Assembly (NCBI GenBank): GCA_028023455.1
Contig: JAQFVV010000007.1
Location: 17,298,001-17,362,000, forward strand
Direction of reading: 5' to 3'
Length of the DNA: 64,000 bases
DNA from: Epiperipatus broadwayi
Lineage: Eukaryota; Animalia; Onychophora
Under the pieces are notes generated by a model. That model was given only the letters and a program-made list of their open reading frames with translations, did not search any database and was not told where the DNA came from. This document shows, one piece after another, positions 52,180 through 64,000 of the stretch (positions are counted from its first letter, which is position 1; the number at the start of each line of letters is the position of its first letter). A program made the translations under genes and the position numbers.

Positions 52180-55100
52180 ATCTGTAGGGTTACCCAAAAT
52201 AATGAAAATCTAGTTAGTCAAATAAAGATGCACCTGTTTGGATTATGTCACTCTTACTGTTGCAATTATTAAGTGTCTGGGGAAATCAAAATAGACCTAC
52301 AAAATTTCAAAAAAAGATTTTGTTTTGTGTGTGTGTATATATATATATATATTGTATATATCCAGTTGAATTTTACTTGAGAAAGTCTATTTGTTAATAG
52401 ATGAAACCATGGTTATGAGAGAATCGTAGTAAATTTTGTATTCCAATGTTATATGATTTTCTATATATATATATGGATGGATCTTAATTAATAGTTTAGT
52501 GCTAGATATTGTCAAGTAAAATATTAGAAATGGAAGAGGATGAAGCCTTGAATTAAACACGATAAGTAAGGCTTGTCTTATATATGAATAAGCTCTAAGC
52601 ATGAGTGATTCATTTGTATTTTTAAAACTCTCACTGAAGGGGGTGTGTGCCATGTATTATACATTAAAACAAACAGAGCAAGTTCGGATCATTAATTTCC
52701 TTCTATGTAGTTATATATAAGCATATTTATATAAATAACTAATTAAATAGTACAAATATGTAACTACTTAACTACATTATTTTAACTTATGACATATATA
52801 CAAAAAATTTAGAATCTTTCAAATGATAATATTTAGATAACCTAAGTATCTCTGTTTGAAAGATCATAAAACACTTTCTTAGATGGCAAAAATCAAGTAA
52901 AAATTAATTTCTATTATTATATATTATTTAATTAGATAGTTATATATTTGAAAACAAATTTTTCTAAAAACGAGCTTGATTAAGTGCTATCTATTAATAA
53001 AAAGCTGAAGAAATGTTTTTTTAACAAAGGCTAATTTGCTTTCTTCTTCCTACATTTTCACTTGGAATAATACAAAAGGGATAATGTGATTTAAAAAATG
53101 GCTTAAAAGATTTGCCCTGGAGCAAGTCTTAATCAACAATTGATCATCAAAACCAAATCTATTGAGGTGCTTTTTCTCGTAGGGAGATGTCCTTTATTAA
53201 TAGTGTTTAATTCATTCTATATAAAGTGATCAAAAAATTAATTATCAGAGACTAAAGTTATGTCAACTTATATATTTTAAAATAAGCTGCATTTGAAAGC
53301 TTTCATATTACTTTTATAGAAATCTATATCTCAAGGTTTTTTAACCAACAATAAGTAATTACATTCCACAGATCTAATGGGAAATAATATTTTTATAGTG
53401 AAAACATATAATGTCATGTGACAAAACCCTAATGTGATGTGACATGATGTACCGTGACTTCTCCTTAAATGGAGTCAGGAATCTCTCAGAAACTATGCCC
53501 AAAGAAACCTGTTAGCCACTTTACCTTCCCCTTCCATTCCCCACCCTAAGCTTTCTCATAATCTGCTTCTCCTTAAACGAGTCAGGAATCTCTCAGCAAC
53601 AATACCCAAAGAAACCTGTTAGCCACTTTACCTTCCCCTTCCATTCCCCACCATAAACTTTCCCACAATCTGCTCTATCCCATTTCCACAACATAATCTT
53701 TGTCAACTCTATGGCCTTTATATCTAAATCCCCCTTATCTTTTCCCAAACCCAGCATAAAGACCAATAACCCACTTTCTGTATAATCACTTTGTTCATAT
53801 TTATTCTCCCATAACTTCTTTATTTGTACCCTTTCTGCTTTCAAGCATTTACATTCAATCAACAGATGCCTAATATTTTCTATATCTTCCTTACACAATT
53901 TTCAAATTAAATCATCCATATTTTTCCATTTACATGTATATTCTCTTGTTGCTAAAGATCCCGTTTGAGCCTTAAACAATAAGCTACTTTCCTTACTATT
54001 ATCATAAATTAACTTGCACCCAATGTTCCATTTACTTCTATATATTGTACCAGATGAAAGCTTTAGGTCATGCATATACTGACCCTAAGGGCGCCACTAG
54101 TCCAAAAAATTGGAACAAGACATTTATTTCAAGGGTGGACAGAATATGCAAACCAAATGCGCCGGACTAGCTCAATTAAGCAACTGAGATCTTAAGTTTT
54201 GTTCGAAGGTTGGAAAAAGATAGCAACAGAAAACAAAATCAGCCAAGTAAAAAGGAATAAATAATTTTATTAGTAGTATGATTAAATAAACCTAAATCTA
54301 GATAACAAATTTTAAAATCCACTCAAATACATACATTCGTCAAAATTAAAATATATTTAACATTGCTTAGAAATGATTTCTGCGTGTTGTATAGCTATAG
54401 CAGAAAGAGTGCAAAAATACTGACAGTTGGAAAAGTATCAGTAAGTATTCAATGATCTCACATAGGAAAAAGATGGGTTAGCTTCTTGCTTATAACCCAT
54501 AGTTAGGAAAAGAATAAATCTCCATATTTGAGAGCTTATGTCGAAACAGGAGAAATGCAAAGAGAGCTTCTGAAATATTAACTTTAAGAAACAAAACAGG
54601 GTGTTGAAAGATATTACTTTCAATCAATTGACCTCCCTCACAGTGAGACAGGCTAGGAGCTCACGATCTACCTATAGAAAGGGTTAAAATGATCGTATGT
54701 GTCCCTAATAAATGAATTGGAAGCTCGAAGGAATAAAACTAATAACTATTACTTTTCATAATAATCTATTATAAATAATTATAGTTTCTCGACATAAGTA
54801 GGACTAATAACAAAATGGGCCATGAGCCAGAAGCCAATTAAAATAGTCTGTAATATCCAGACTGCTCTCTATAACAAAAAGGAATGTGAGATTACAAATA
54901 ACTTTATACTACTTTACTTACTAAGACTTAAATGGGACTTACACTATAAGTTTGAAACTAGTATTCATAAAAAAAAGAAAAAAAAATCAAATGCATAGAA
55001 ACCAAATTACATAAGATAAAACTTGAAAAACATTTATATTTAAAAAAAGAAACAAATTTATGACAATAAAATTCTTTAAATTGTAGAACATAATGTACCT

Positions 55101-55389
55101 TAATAATTTATTTAAATGCTAGTGCACTAGACTTCTTGGGTATGGTCCGTTGATCTGGATTCACTGACAGTAGGCTTGGGCAAGTCTGTTAGTGGTTTCT
55201 TTGTAGATGGTTCTTATGGCCCTATAGGCAGTTAATGGAGACACAGGAAGCACAAATCTGTCCTGGCAAAGAGCTGAGCACATCATGGTAGAAGAAAATA
55301 TCCCTGCAGTAGGTTTAATGTTCATTCTAGGTAGAATAATTACCGGATCAGCTTTCTTTCTGAATATGCAGGAATCGTTCTCTCCAATT

Positions 55390-55540
55390 ATTTTTGGCAG
55401 GAATAGTTTGTGCAAGTATCTCTCAGAGTTTGTGTAAGATTCTCTCAGAGTTGGTGGACATATCTCCAGAGTTTGCATAACAATCTCTCAGATTTTGTGG
55501 AAGTATCTCTCAGAGTTGGTGGAAGTATCTCAGAGATAGT
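55390..55540. repeat. Minisatellite, ~6 copies of a 22-24 bp unit (aagtatctctcagagttggtgg consensus)
   Basis: Direct reading of 55393-55537. Confidence 0.85.
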
Positions 55541-58500
55541 GAAAGATATTATAATGGCCTCATTAAACCTTTTATAGCTGAACCATATCTTGTATCTGAA
55601 CCAATCGCAAAACTTTTTTTAAATTAAAATTTATAAAATTCTTCATCTAGCTAACAATAGTTATCTAATTAACAAAAATAAATTGCCCTTTACAGATCTA
55701 GGAATTAACTAATGAAAAATTCTTTTCTTTTTGTTTTCTTTCTTTTTAATTATTCTTATCAATCTAAATCCCAAATCTGAAAAGCAATTTATTTATACAA
55801 TTTACTTTTACATAAAAAAAAAAAAGTAATCTTAGTTTTCTTTTTTTTCAAAATTAAAAACCAAATATAGCTGTGGTATTAAAATATAATTCTCATATAC
55901 ATACATATATATTTGAATAAGTATATAAAAAAAACAACAACAACAAAACTTTTACTCAAGTTTTAAAAAGAAAATCAAACATTTATAAATTTATTTTTAG
56001 CCCTGTAATACTTCAACTTTGTAATGGTGTTTTAAGCATCCATTACAATATATTTAAACTCTTTTTACTCTCCATACTAGTTCTCCATCTCTCCAACTCC
56101 CTATTCTTTATTAATGCATCTATTCTTTTATCCCATTCCTTACCACTATAACACTCAACAATCCTCCTAACACAATCATCCCACCTTTTATACAAGTATA
56201 CTGATATAAATTCTTTATCCAAATCCTTTGCATATCGCATTACCTTTCTCACCCATTTTGTTGCCTGCCCTTTAATCATAACCCAATTAAATACTATTTT
56301 GGCTATTCTCTTATCATCCACAAACTGCAACCTACCAAACATTTTTATTTTACTTTTTGCATCTCTCATATGAAACCTTGACCATCCCATTTCTCCTTGA
56401 ATTGCCTCCTTTGCTGTCCATACCTCTGCATCTAATGCATATCTTCCTATTTCCCTTTGTACTTTCTCTAAATGATCTAATACCCTTTTACTAACACATA
56501 ACGCATCATTACCATATGTTAATCCTGCTACTACAACTCCCTTCCATACAATTCTAGCTACATCATATTTATTATATGAAAACACTGTTAATTTCTTTAC
56601 TAAACCCTTTCTTTTCTTTGCTTCATTTACCAATTTTTTCTCCCATTCAACCACGCAATTTTTCTGATTACTTAAGATGATTCTCAAATAACTATATCTA
56701 TCCACTGCACTTGACTTTATATCCCCCAATAAAAATTCTACATCTTCTCTTTCCCCAGTATTAACCATCATTATATTTGATTTTTCTTCACTAAATTTAA
56801 TCCCCATCTCTTTACCCACCCTTGCACATGGCCTCAACATAATTTCCATATCTTCTCTTCTTTCTGCACATAAAAAGATATCTGCAAAAAAAGACCAGAC
56901 AAAGTATATACTCTCTTGCCACCTATTCACGGTATCTCTACCCCTCTTCCTAGTCTTTCTATTGCTTTCTCCATTTCACTCAAAAACAACAAAAACAAAA
57001 TAGGTGACATAGGGCCTTAATCCCATCCCATTTTTAACTTTAACTGATTCTATATCCCCTAATTGGTAAGTATAATAATTATTTTTATATAATTTCTTAA
57101 TAATATTTACTAAAGCTTCATCCATTCCCAAATTGGCTAACCTTACCCATAATTTATTTTTATTTACTCTATCATATGCTTTCTCTATATCTATAAAACT
57201 CATATATAATGGTCTCCCTGAATTCCTACTCATTTCCATAAGTTGTGTAACTACAAACAAACTATCTCCAATACGCCTTTCTGACCTAAAACCTCCTTGC
57301 ATTTCCCCCACTACATTTTTCTCTTCCATCCATTTTACAACTCTTCCAGCTACCATATATGAGATAACTTTATATAAAACTGATGTTACTGCTATCAGTC
57401 TATAATTATTTAACTTTCTATGATCATTATCCTTTCCTTTAAATAATAATGTTATTATTGTATTACTCCAACTACCCAGAAAAACTCTCTTCTGTGCCAT
57501 CTTATTAAAACATGATAATAACTTTGGTTTTGCTCTATGCCCTAAATTCATTACCATTGCTGCTGCCCATCCATTTAAACCTCTCACCTTTTCACTTTTT
57601 AATCTTTTCCCTGCCTCATTCAGTTCATTTTTTGTGAACCTAATATTCCCATTACTAAATGCTTTCATGTTTTCTATCACTAAGTCCTTCACATCTAACA
57701 TCTTTTCTATATCCATTACATATCTATTTAAGATTCTCTCTAACTCTTCTCTAGAGCTACACTCTATTCCCTCATCATCTATTAATACTATCTCTCTCTC
57801 CCTTACATTTCTTCTTTTAATGTAATTCAAAATTTTTTTACTCCCTTCTCTTTCACTTTTATTAATATCCTCCAACAATTTACTATTCAACTTCATCCTC
57901 TCTCTATAATTATCCATTTTAGCCAACTTCTTCTTTTTTAAGTACTTTCCCCATTTAACAGTAATATTGTTTTCACTTTCTTTATTCTTAATAGCACACT
58001 TATATCCTCTGCATGCTTCTTTCCTCTCTTTTACACTTTTACTAACTCTCTTTTTTATTCTTCTGCATATTCTCAACTAAAACCCTATTTGCCACTTTTT
58101 CTATTTCACCACACCAGTCCTTATACTCATCCCCAATCAACTGCTCCATGGTTTCTTCAACTTTTATTTTATACTCTTCCAACTTATTTTTATCATTCAC
58201 TCTCCATCCACATCTTTCACTATTGTTTCTACTTTTATTTCTATCCTCCATCACATTACTAACCATTTCTAGTACAATAAAATTATGATCACTATTACAT
58301 ACTCTCTCTTCATTGTCAAACACCTTAATTTTCCATATTTTATTCATTCCCTCTTTCTCTACCAATACATAATCTATTATGTGAAATATATTATTCCTAG
58401 ACCATGTGTATTGTCCTCATAAATATTTGATTAATACCCAATGCTCAAATTTACTCTTTGATAAAATTTCTTCAAAAACTGACCATTCTTATTATCTACA

Positions 58501-59162
58501 TCATCAATTTCTTCAATATGTCCATTCATATCTCTTATAACCATTATTCTCTTCCCTTTTTTTAAAAACTTTGTATATCCTTAACTAGGCATTCATATAT
58601 ACTACTGTTCCATTCCATTACAGTTTGACTATCTCCAGTGGCTATATACACTACAGCCACCATCTATTCTTGTCTATCCAATTTTATTTCAAACCACAAA
58701 TGCTCTTGACATTTAACAATATTTAAATATTTTTTCGATATAACACCTATACCACCACCCCCTTTTTTTCTTTTTTCTGCTTATACCCTGCCATACCACA
58801 TCTTCCAAAATAGGTTCTTCATCATCTCTTAGATGTGTTTTCACTACTGCTAATATCTCAAGCTCTTCATTTTCAATTGCTTTGTTAATTCCAGCCACTT
58901 TGCTGGTCTCCTACCACCTTGCATATTCAAAAACCCAATTTTAACAATTTCTTCTTTCCTAACTACTCTTTTATAAATTCTTTTGATTCTTTCTTCTACA
59001 TTACATTTATAAAAAACTTTCTTACCATTAATCTTACAGATCCATTCCTTCTCTACATCTAGACTTATATCTAAATCAACCATCTTTTGCTTATTTCACT
59101 AAACTTATATCCCATCCATTCTTCTTCTTTTTGATATTACAATTTAAAAGCCCCCCCCCCCT

Positions 59163-60170
59163 TTAAAAGTTTCCCGAATTATATTCTTTAAATATTAGAC
59201 TCCCTAAAACTTCACTTCCTTGTTTTACTAAGTGCAATCCATCTTTACTATATAACTCCCTCTTTCCAATAAACCAATCCCATACATCCACAAACATAAC
59301 ATTATTTTTCTCACACAATTTTTTCAATCTCTCATTTATAGAACATGCCCTATCTAACAAATGCCTCTTGTCAAATCTTGGTAATACTCCAACTACCTCT
59401 ACCTTTTCTTTAATCTCACTCAAATTCCTAATCAACTCTCCATACACGTCCATTACTCTCTCTGATGGCTTTAACAAATTATTAGTCCCTACCATAACAT
59501 ATACATCTCTACTACCTTGCTTTCTTACTTTACCTGTCACATCCCTAATTCTAGCTCCAGGCAAACACACTCTTACATACCTGCTTCTATTTTCCCTTGC
59601 GATTATATCCCTACATTTTCTGATTATTGAATCTCCTATCAATACTGTCTCATAGTTTACTTTCTCTACTCCATCTGTAACATTTTCTACCATCTTCTGT
59701 ACCTCCTTATCCATTTCTTCTGTATCATTTTCACTCAATTATTCCTTTATCTGCTCACACTTCATCACTAACAATTTTAATTTTACTTCTACATCCTTCA
59801 CTTCTTCCTCTATCTTACTCATTCTCTGGTTAACCATCTCCATTGCTTTACTACTTTCTCCACCCATACCTTCTGACACTCCACTAACACCATACTCTGT
59901 CCTATCTTCCTTAACTACATTTTGCTTCCTCTCCCCTGACTTTCTCTCTAGACTACCTACACTTAGAAACCACTTTCTCACCTTTTTAATCACATTTACA
60001 TGCTGACTACATAACCAAAAACCCGTTACATCCTTCCTATTCTTATTTAAACATTTCAAGTGATACATCTCAGCACACACTATATACTTTACTAGCACCC
60101 GTCTAATTCCTTTCTGCTGATTATATATACATTGTGCAATACAAATGCAATCCATATTCTTATTTTTCAA
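59163..60170 (-). pseudogene. LINE ORF1: PHD-finger remnant, coiled coil and SGNH/GDSL esterase, split by one in-frame stop at 59739
   Basis: The ORFs 59739..60170 and 59163..59738 abut in the same frame. CICI...C..MYHLKC...WLCSQH; LIGDSIIR, CLPGARI, VGTNN, DGLHL. Confidence 0.85.
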
Positions 60171-60585
60171 GTCACCTATTCTATATTTGACTTTATAATA
60201 CCTCCCCTATTCTTCAAACCCCCTTACACAGAAAAATAAAATTTTTTACTCTTTCCCAAAACTGATCAAACTATAACCATGTGTTTTCTGACCTTAGGTC
60301 TCCCAAATGTTGGTTTTTATTCTCAAAATAAATGACTGTTTTAAAGTTTAAAAAAACCTTCAGTAACAAACTTAACTAAAAATGAATTAATTTTACATAT
60401 GACTTTTTTAGGTAAACATGAAGTTACCAAGTCACAAGATATTCAAAGTTTGTTTAAAATTATTCTCACCAGAGTGTTTCTTATCGAATTACTGTCCATT
60501 GTAGTTTTTGTTTACAGAAAAGATAAAATTCACAAAGCAAATTCTTATAGGTAGGATTGGAATAAAGTATTGCTGGTAGTGTGAA

Positions 60586-60918
60586 ATTGTTACAGAATAT
60601 ATTTTGCCAGGGACCCACATCATTATGGATGGATGGGGTGCATACAACAACTTAAGCACAATCTGTAATGGTGTATATATGCACTCTGTTGTTGTACACT
60701 AGGAGAACTTTGTTGATTCTCATGACCCTGATATCCACACACAAAGTGTGGAAAATATGTGGATGAGAGCTAAAAGCAAGCTCAAACATCAGTGTGGTAC
60801 CAGCAGTACTTTATTCGAATCCTACCTGCAGGAATTTGCTTTTAGGACTCTCTACATGACTGATGCCGTCTTTGCAAATTTTATCACTACTATAAGTGAA
60901 AACTACAATGGACAGTAA
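60586..60918 (+). pseudogene. Merlin / IS1016 (IS1595-family) DDE transposase C-terminal remnant
   Basis: IVTEYILPGTHIIMDGWGAYNNL...HSVVVH*ENFVD...HTQSVENMWMRAK...YLQEFAFR matches the ISXO2-like domain pattern; one in-frame stop. Confidence 0.85.
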
Positions 60919-61479
60919 TTATGAATGTTGGCAGGATATATTTTATTATTTTAATAAGTTATTTTTTATAATATAATTATTTGTTATTAATTATTTTTGG
61001 TACTTTAGTGTTATTCAACCAATGATGTTTTACATTTATCAATTTTCCTTCCAGTAGAAATCGTCAATGATAACATGACAATATTGTCATGGCAACCAAG
61101 ACACTGACATGGATTTTTTTGACCAACGAGATTTAAAAATCGAAGAGAGCTTTGGGAAGCTTTGTCATTTGTCTGTCTTTTGTGATTTTGCTACCAGTCC
61201 ACCGCAGTGAACGCTATTTTTGTAAGTATTTTTCATTTTTGTTTCTAATAAATAATGTCATTTTGATGTATATTATTTTGTAAATTCTTCTGCAATTATA
61301 AAAAGTACAATTAATTAATTTTATTTCTAATTTCTGAATTATATTATACAGAAATTTTTTTTTTGTAAATTCCTCCGCAATTATAAAAATTACAGCCATG
61401 AGAGTAATATAATGTCTGGCATTGTCGGTGGTTTTGTAAATCATAATATAGGTTTTTTTAGCGTAGAACAAGTATTGGC

Positions 61480-61800
61480 TGTGCCTTTGGCCTGTCAAAG
61501 ACATTGGAGGCTCCCCAATCAATTCCAGTGCTATGCACTGTATTTTATAATTGAGCATAATATGGACCATGCCTTCAGCCCGTCAAAGACATCGGAGCTC
61601 CCCACTTTCAGTGATACATGCTGTATTTTATAATTGAGCATAATTTTGGCCATGCCTTCAGCCTGTCAAAGACATCAGAGGCCCCCCATCAATTCCCACA
61701 CTATGCACTGTATTTTATAATTGAGAATAATATTGGCCGTGCCTTCAGCTTGTCAAAGACATCGGAGGCCCCCCTGCCCATTCCAGCGCTACACGCTGAC
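61480..61800. repeat. Four tandem ~85-95 bp repeats
   Basis: Recurring 'gccttcagcctgtcaaagacatcggaggcccccc...ctgtattttataattgagcataat'. Confidence 0.9.
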
Positions 61801-62240
61801 ATTTCTAATTTTCAGTCAAAAAATGAGACACATTTTCAAATTGTTTGTTTTATATATTTTTAACATGAATAATTGAGTTAAATACCATCAGAAATGTTGT
61901 AAAGATAAGATAATTTTTCATGCAAGTAAATTGTTTGATTTTTTTTTTTGTTATAAAAATTCATAATATAGAGTATGTTTTAAGTTATTGTCCAGGTTGC
62001 CATTAATAATGCCAGATTCACATTAAATCGGGAAAAGTGTTCTTTATTTGTCTATTTATTTTAAATTTGCAAAAAAAAATTGTACATATTTCTGCAATTA
62101 TAAAATTTACACTTAATTACTTTCAATTTCTAAATTATCAAACTTATACTTAATTACTTTTAATTTCTAACTTATTTTCCCGCATGCATGTACATTTTTT
62201 TTTTCAAACATGGTGGTTCTCATTATCTACCCGATGGTCA

Positions 62241-62451
62241 TCTTTAGTATTTTCCAACCAATAAGGTATTACCCTGAAGCCATATCAGTCTGATCTTGCG
62301 ATCTTTAATGTGCCAGGTCCACGTGATCTGCGGACAAATTTTAGCGATTGCATTTGTCCACAAATCACTTGAAGACGTTATCTTAAAGATCTGAAGATCA
62401 GACTGATATGGCTTCAGGGTAATATGTCATTGGTTGGAAAAATACTAAAGA
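62241..62451. repeat. Near-perfect 211-bp hairpin
   Basis: 62241-62307 vs rc of 62384-62451 differ at only a few positions. The inner stem 'gtgatctgcggacaaat' pairs with 'atttgtccacaaatcac', closing a ~12-nt loop. No TSD seen. Confidence 0.9.
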
Positions 62452-64000
62452 ACCTTACTGTTTTTATATTATAATTTTATGCCACCGTGTATTTGATATT
62501 TCACGACAAATTTTTAAATAATTCGACAAGAAACACTCTGATGAAAAAAATTTGAACTACAAAATTTTGTCATGACCTGGTAACTTCATGTTTACTCTTT
62601 TTTATAAATATCCTTACACTAACACTTTTTTTTTAAAACTTCTATACCGAAAATAGCAAACGAAAACCTTGCAAACAATCAAACACAAAAATTTTCAATT
62701 TTTCAAATAACTCACTCTCTTGACCACAATTTATACTTTTATACACAATAATTAGGCTTTATAGTGATGCTCTCAAATGATCAATGCATACGCATTTAAC
62801 AAGCAGCACAAAAATTTTTCTAAAGTAAAACTTATCTTTGCCATTTGTCTTAATGTAGCATCTGCAGTGCTCTATTTAATTATTAGTTAAACTTCCCTCT
62901 AGCGCTAAATGAAGTAACTTTTTATAGTAGGAAAATGGTCGTTTCCTTCTGTGTTATAAATCTTTTTATATAGAATTATGCAGAAAAGCAATAGCCTGAA
63001 AACAATTTCAATTCAGCCTACCCCATAGAATAAAATTGGCTTAATTTTTTTACAAATATAATTTATTCATTTTTAAAAATACATTTATTTTTACTTAATC
63101 TTTTTTAGTTTTCAATTCATTAATTATACACTAAAAATTTTATGAAATCAGAAATATATGAAATACATATTGCTACATTTTCAAATATGTTTTGCAATGG
63201 ATAAGAGAGTAATTTATTCTTTTAATCACTTTATGATGTTTGGACATTCTTTTTTCCCTATTGAAAATCCCAAGAAATATTAATCCAACATTAGAAATTT
63301 TAATTAAAAGAGATTCAAAGAATTGTTTATAAATATTTTAATGTCTTCATCCAGAATTGATTTAGGGTTTCAATTTAAGAAGCCAATATAATAGTTTTCT
63401 TAAAGTTAAAGTGTTTTATTTAATTTTTTTTGTTGTTTAGCACTGTAAGACCATGTATAATATTTGCTTCAGAATTTACCTTAATATAGCTTTATTACAT
63501 GGAAAGTATTTATGTAGAGCAAATTGTCTCATTTTTATTTTCAAGCCTCAATTTACTCCACTCCCAACTTTTACATTAAATGCTCAATCTACAAAATAGT
63601 TGTACATATATGTATACACCCAGTGCTCCAGTAAAAAGTTAACTGCTCCAAGTTTTTTGAAATATCTCTGCATCAAATTATTACATAGTAATATAGGTTA
63701 AATATTCACCCCAAAATCCTAAAATACCTTCATTTGTGGATCATGAGTTACAACATGAAATGTTCATACTTTTTTAACATCTATAATGTTTTTCCTCACA
63801 TCACTATGTTTTGAAAATTGCTTAAAAACATTCTACTGATTCATGGTTTCATATGTCAATTTTCCTTTAACTAATGAAGTAGCCCAGATTTTATCTTTAT
63901 CGGATTGGGTATTCATCACAATGGACCAATGATACATGAATAGATGATATATATTCCATGGTAGTAACAGGGCAATGGGTGATGATGTGCAGTGAATCTG

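Larger units (their letters stand above)
53432..60200 (-). mobile_element. Decayed RTEX/CR1-group-like LINE (ORF1 PHD + SGNH esterase; ORF2 APE-RT-zinc finger), with unrelated sequence at ~54080-56000
   Basis: APE pieces IGFLNMQG, AVVKTHL, NSDHN (58042-59083); RT FIDIEKAYDRV and FFADI (56043-58076); C-terminal YDNSKESSLLFKAQTGSL and CKEDIENIRHLLIEC (53593-54010). The clade assignment is inferred. Confidence 0.8.
4350..63510. repeat. Diverged tandem array of a ~7-kb non-coding unit (~5 copies), interrupted by TEs
   Basis: The same blocks recur in the same order. Marker 'ctgtattttagatctttttatatagaattatgcagaaaagcaatagcc' at ~10555, 23425, 31960, 38740 (split by the SINE) and 62950. Block 'gttacaaggctagagtggc' at ~7412, 26140, 36540, 50815. 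Block 'taatgcaaccctccagcag' at ~5865, 35220, 48490. Uninterrupted marker-to-marker period is ~6.8 kb (31.9 to 38.7 kb). Confidence 0.9.

Noticed and set aside
61480-61800. CRISPR-like appearance of this repeat and of 55390-55540
   Set aside because: The 'spacers' are homologous to each other, the context is eukaryotic, and there are no cas genes.
4350-63510. Dscam/sDscam-type variable exon cassette array, or a NUMT
   Set aside because: No Ig-domain exon and no recognisable mitochondrial gene in any unit; reading TGA as Trp does not remove the TAA/TAG stops.
1-64000. flamenco-like unistrand piRNA cluster
   Set aside because: TE orientation is mixed (RTE x3, SINE, LTR and RTEX-like on minus; L1 x2, hAT and Merlin on plus), with too few elements to claim a bias.

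Overview
AT-rich eukaryotic (probably invertebrate, by TE content; inference) non-genic window with no host protein-coding gene that I can support. It has two layers. (1) A diverged tandem array of a ~7-kb non-coding unit, about 5 copies between ~4.35 kb and ~63.5 kb; a conserved marker block recurs at ~10.5, 23.4, 31.9, 38.7 and 62.9 kb. Each unit carries up to three families of long imperfect inverted repeats (about 0.55-1.2 kb), built as forward + partial forward + reverse subunits so that one arm has competing partners. This resembles a long hairpin-RNA (endo-siRNA) cluster or amplified fold-back DNA and is the best candidate for an undescribed system. (2) Transposon insertions that interrupt the units: three RTE LINE copies, a near full-length L1/Tx1-like LINE with intact ORF2 and a 5'-truncated relative, a decayed RTEX/CR1-group LINE with PHD+SGNH-esterase ORF1, a non-autonomous Gypsy-like LTR element, a hAT deletion derivative, a Merlin-like MITE, a Merlin transposase remnant and a young tRNA-derived retrocopy. 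All alignments and pairings were done by eye; boundaries are approximate unless a TSD is quoted.
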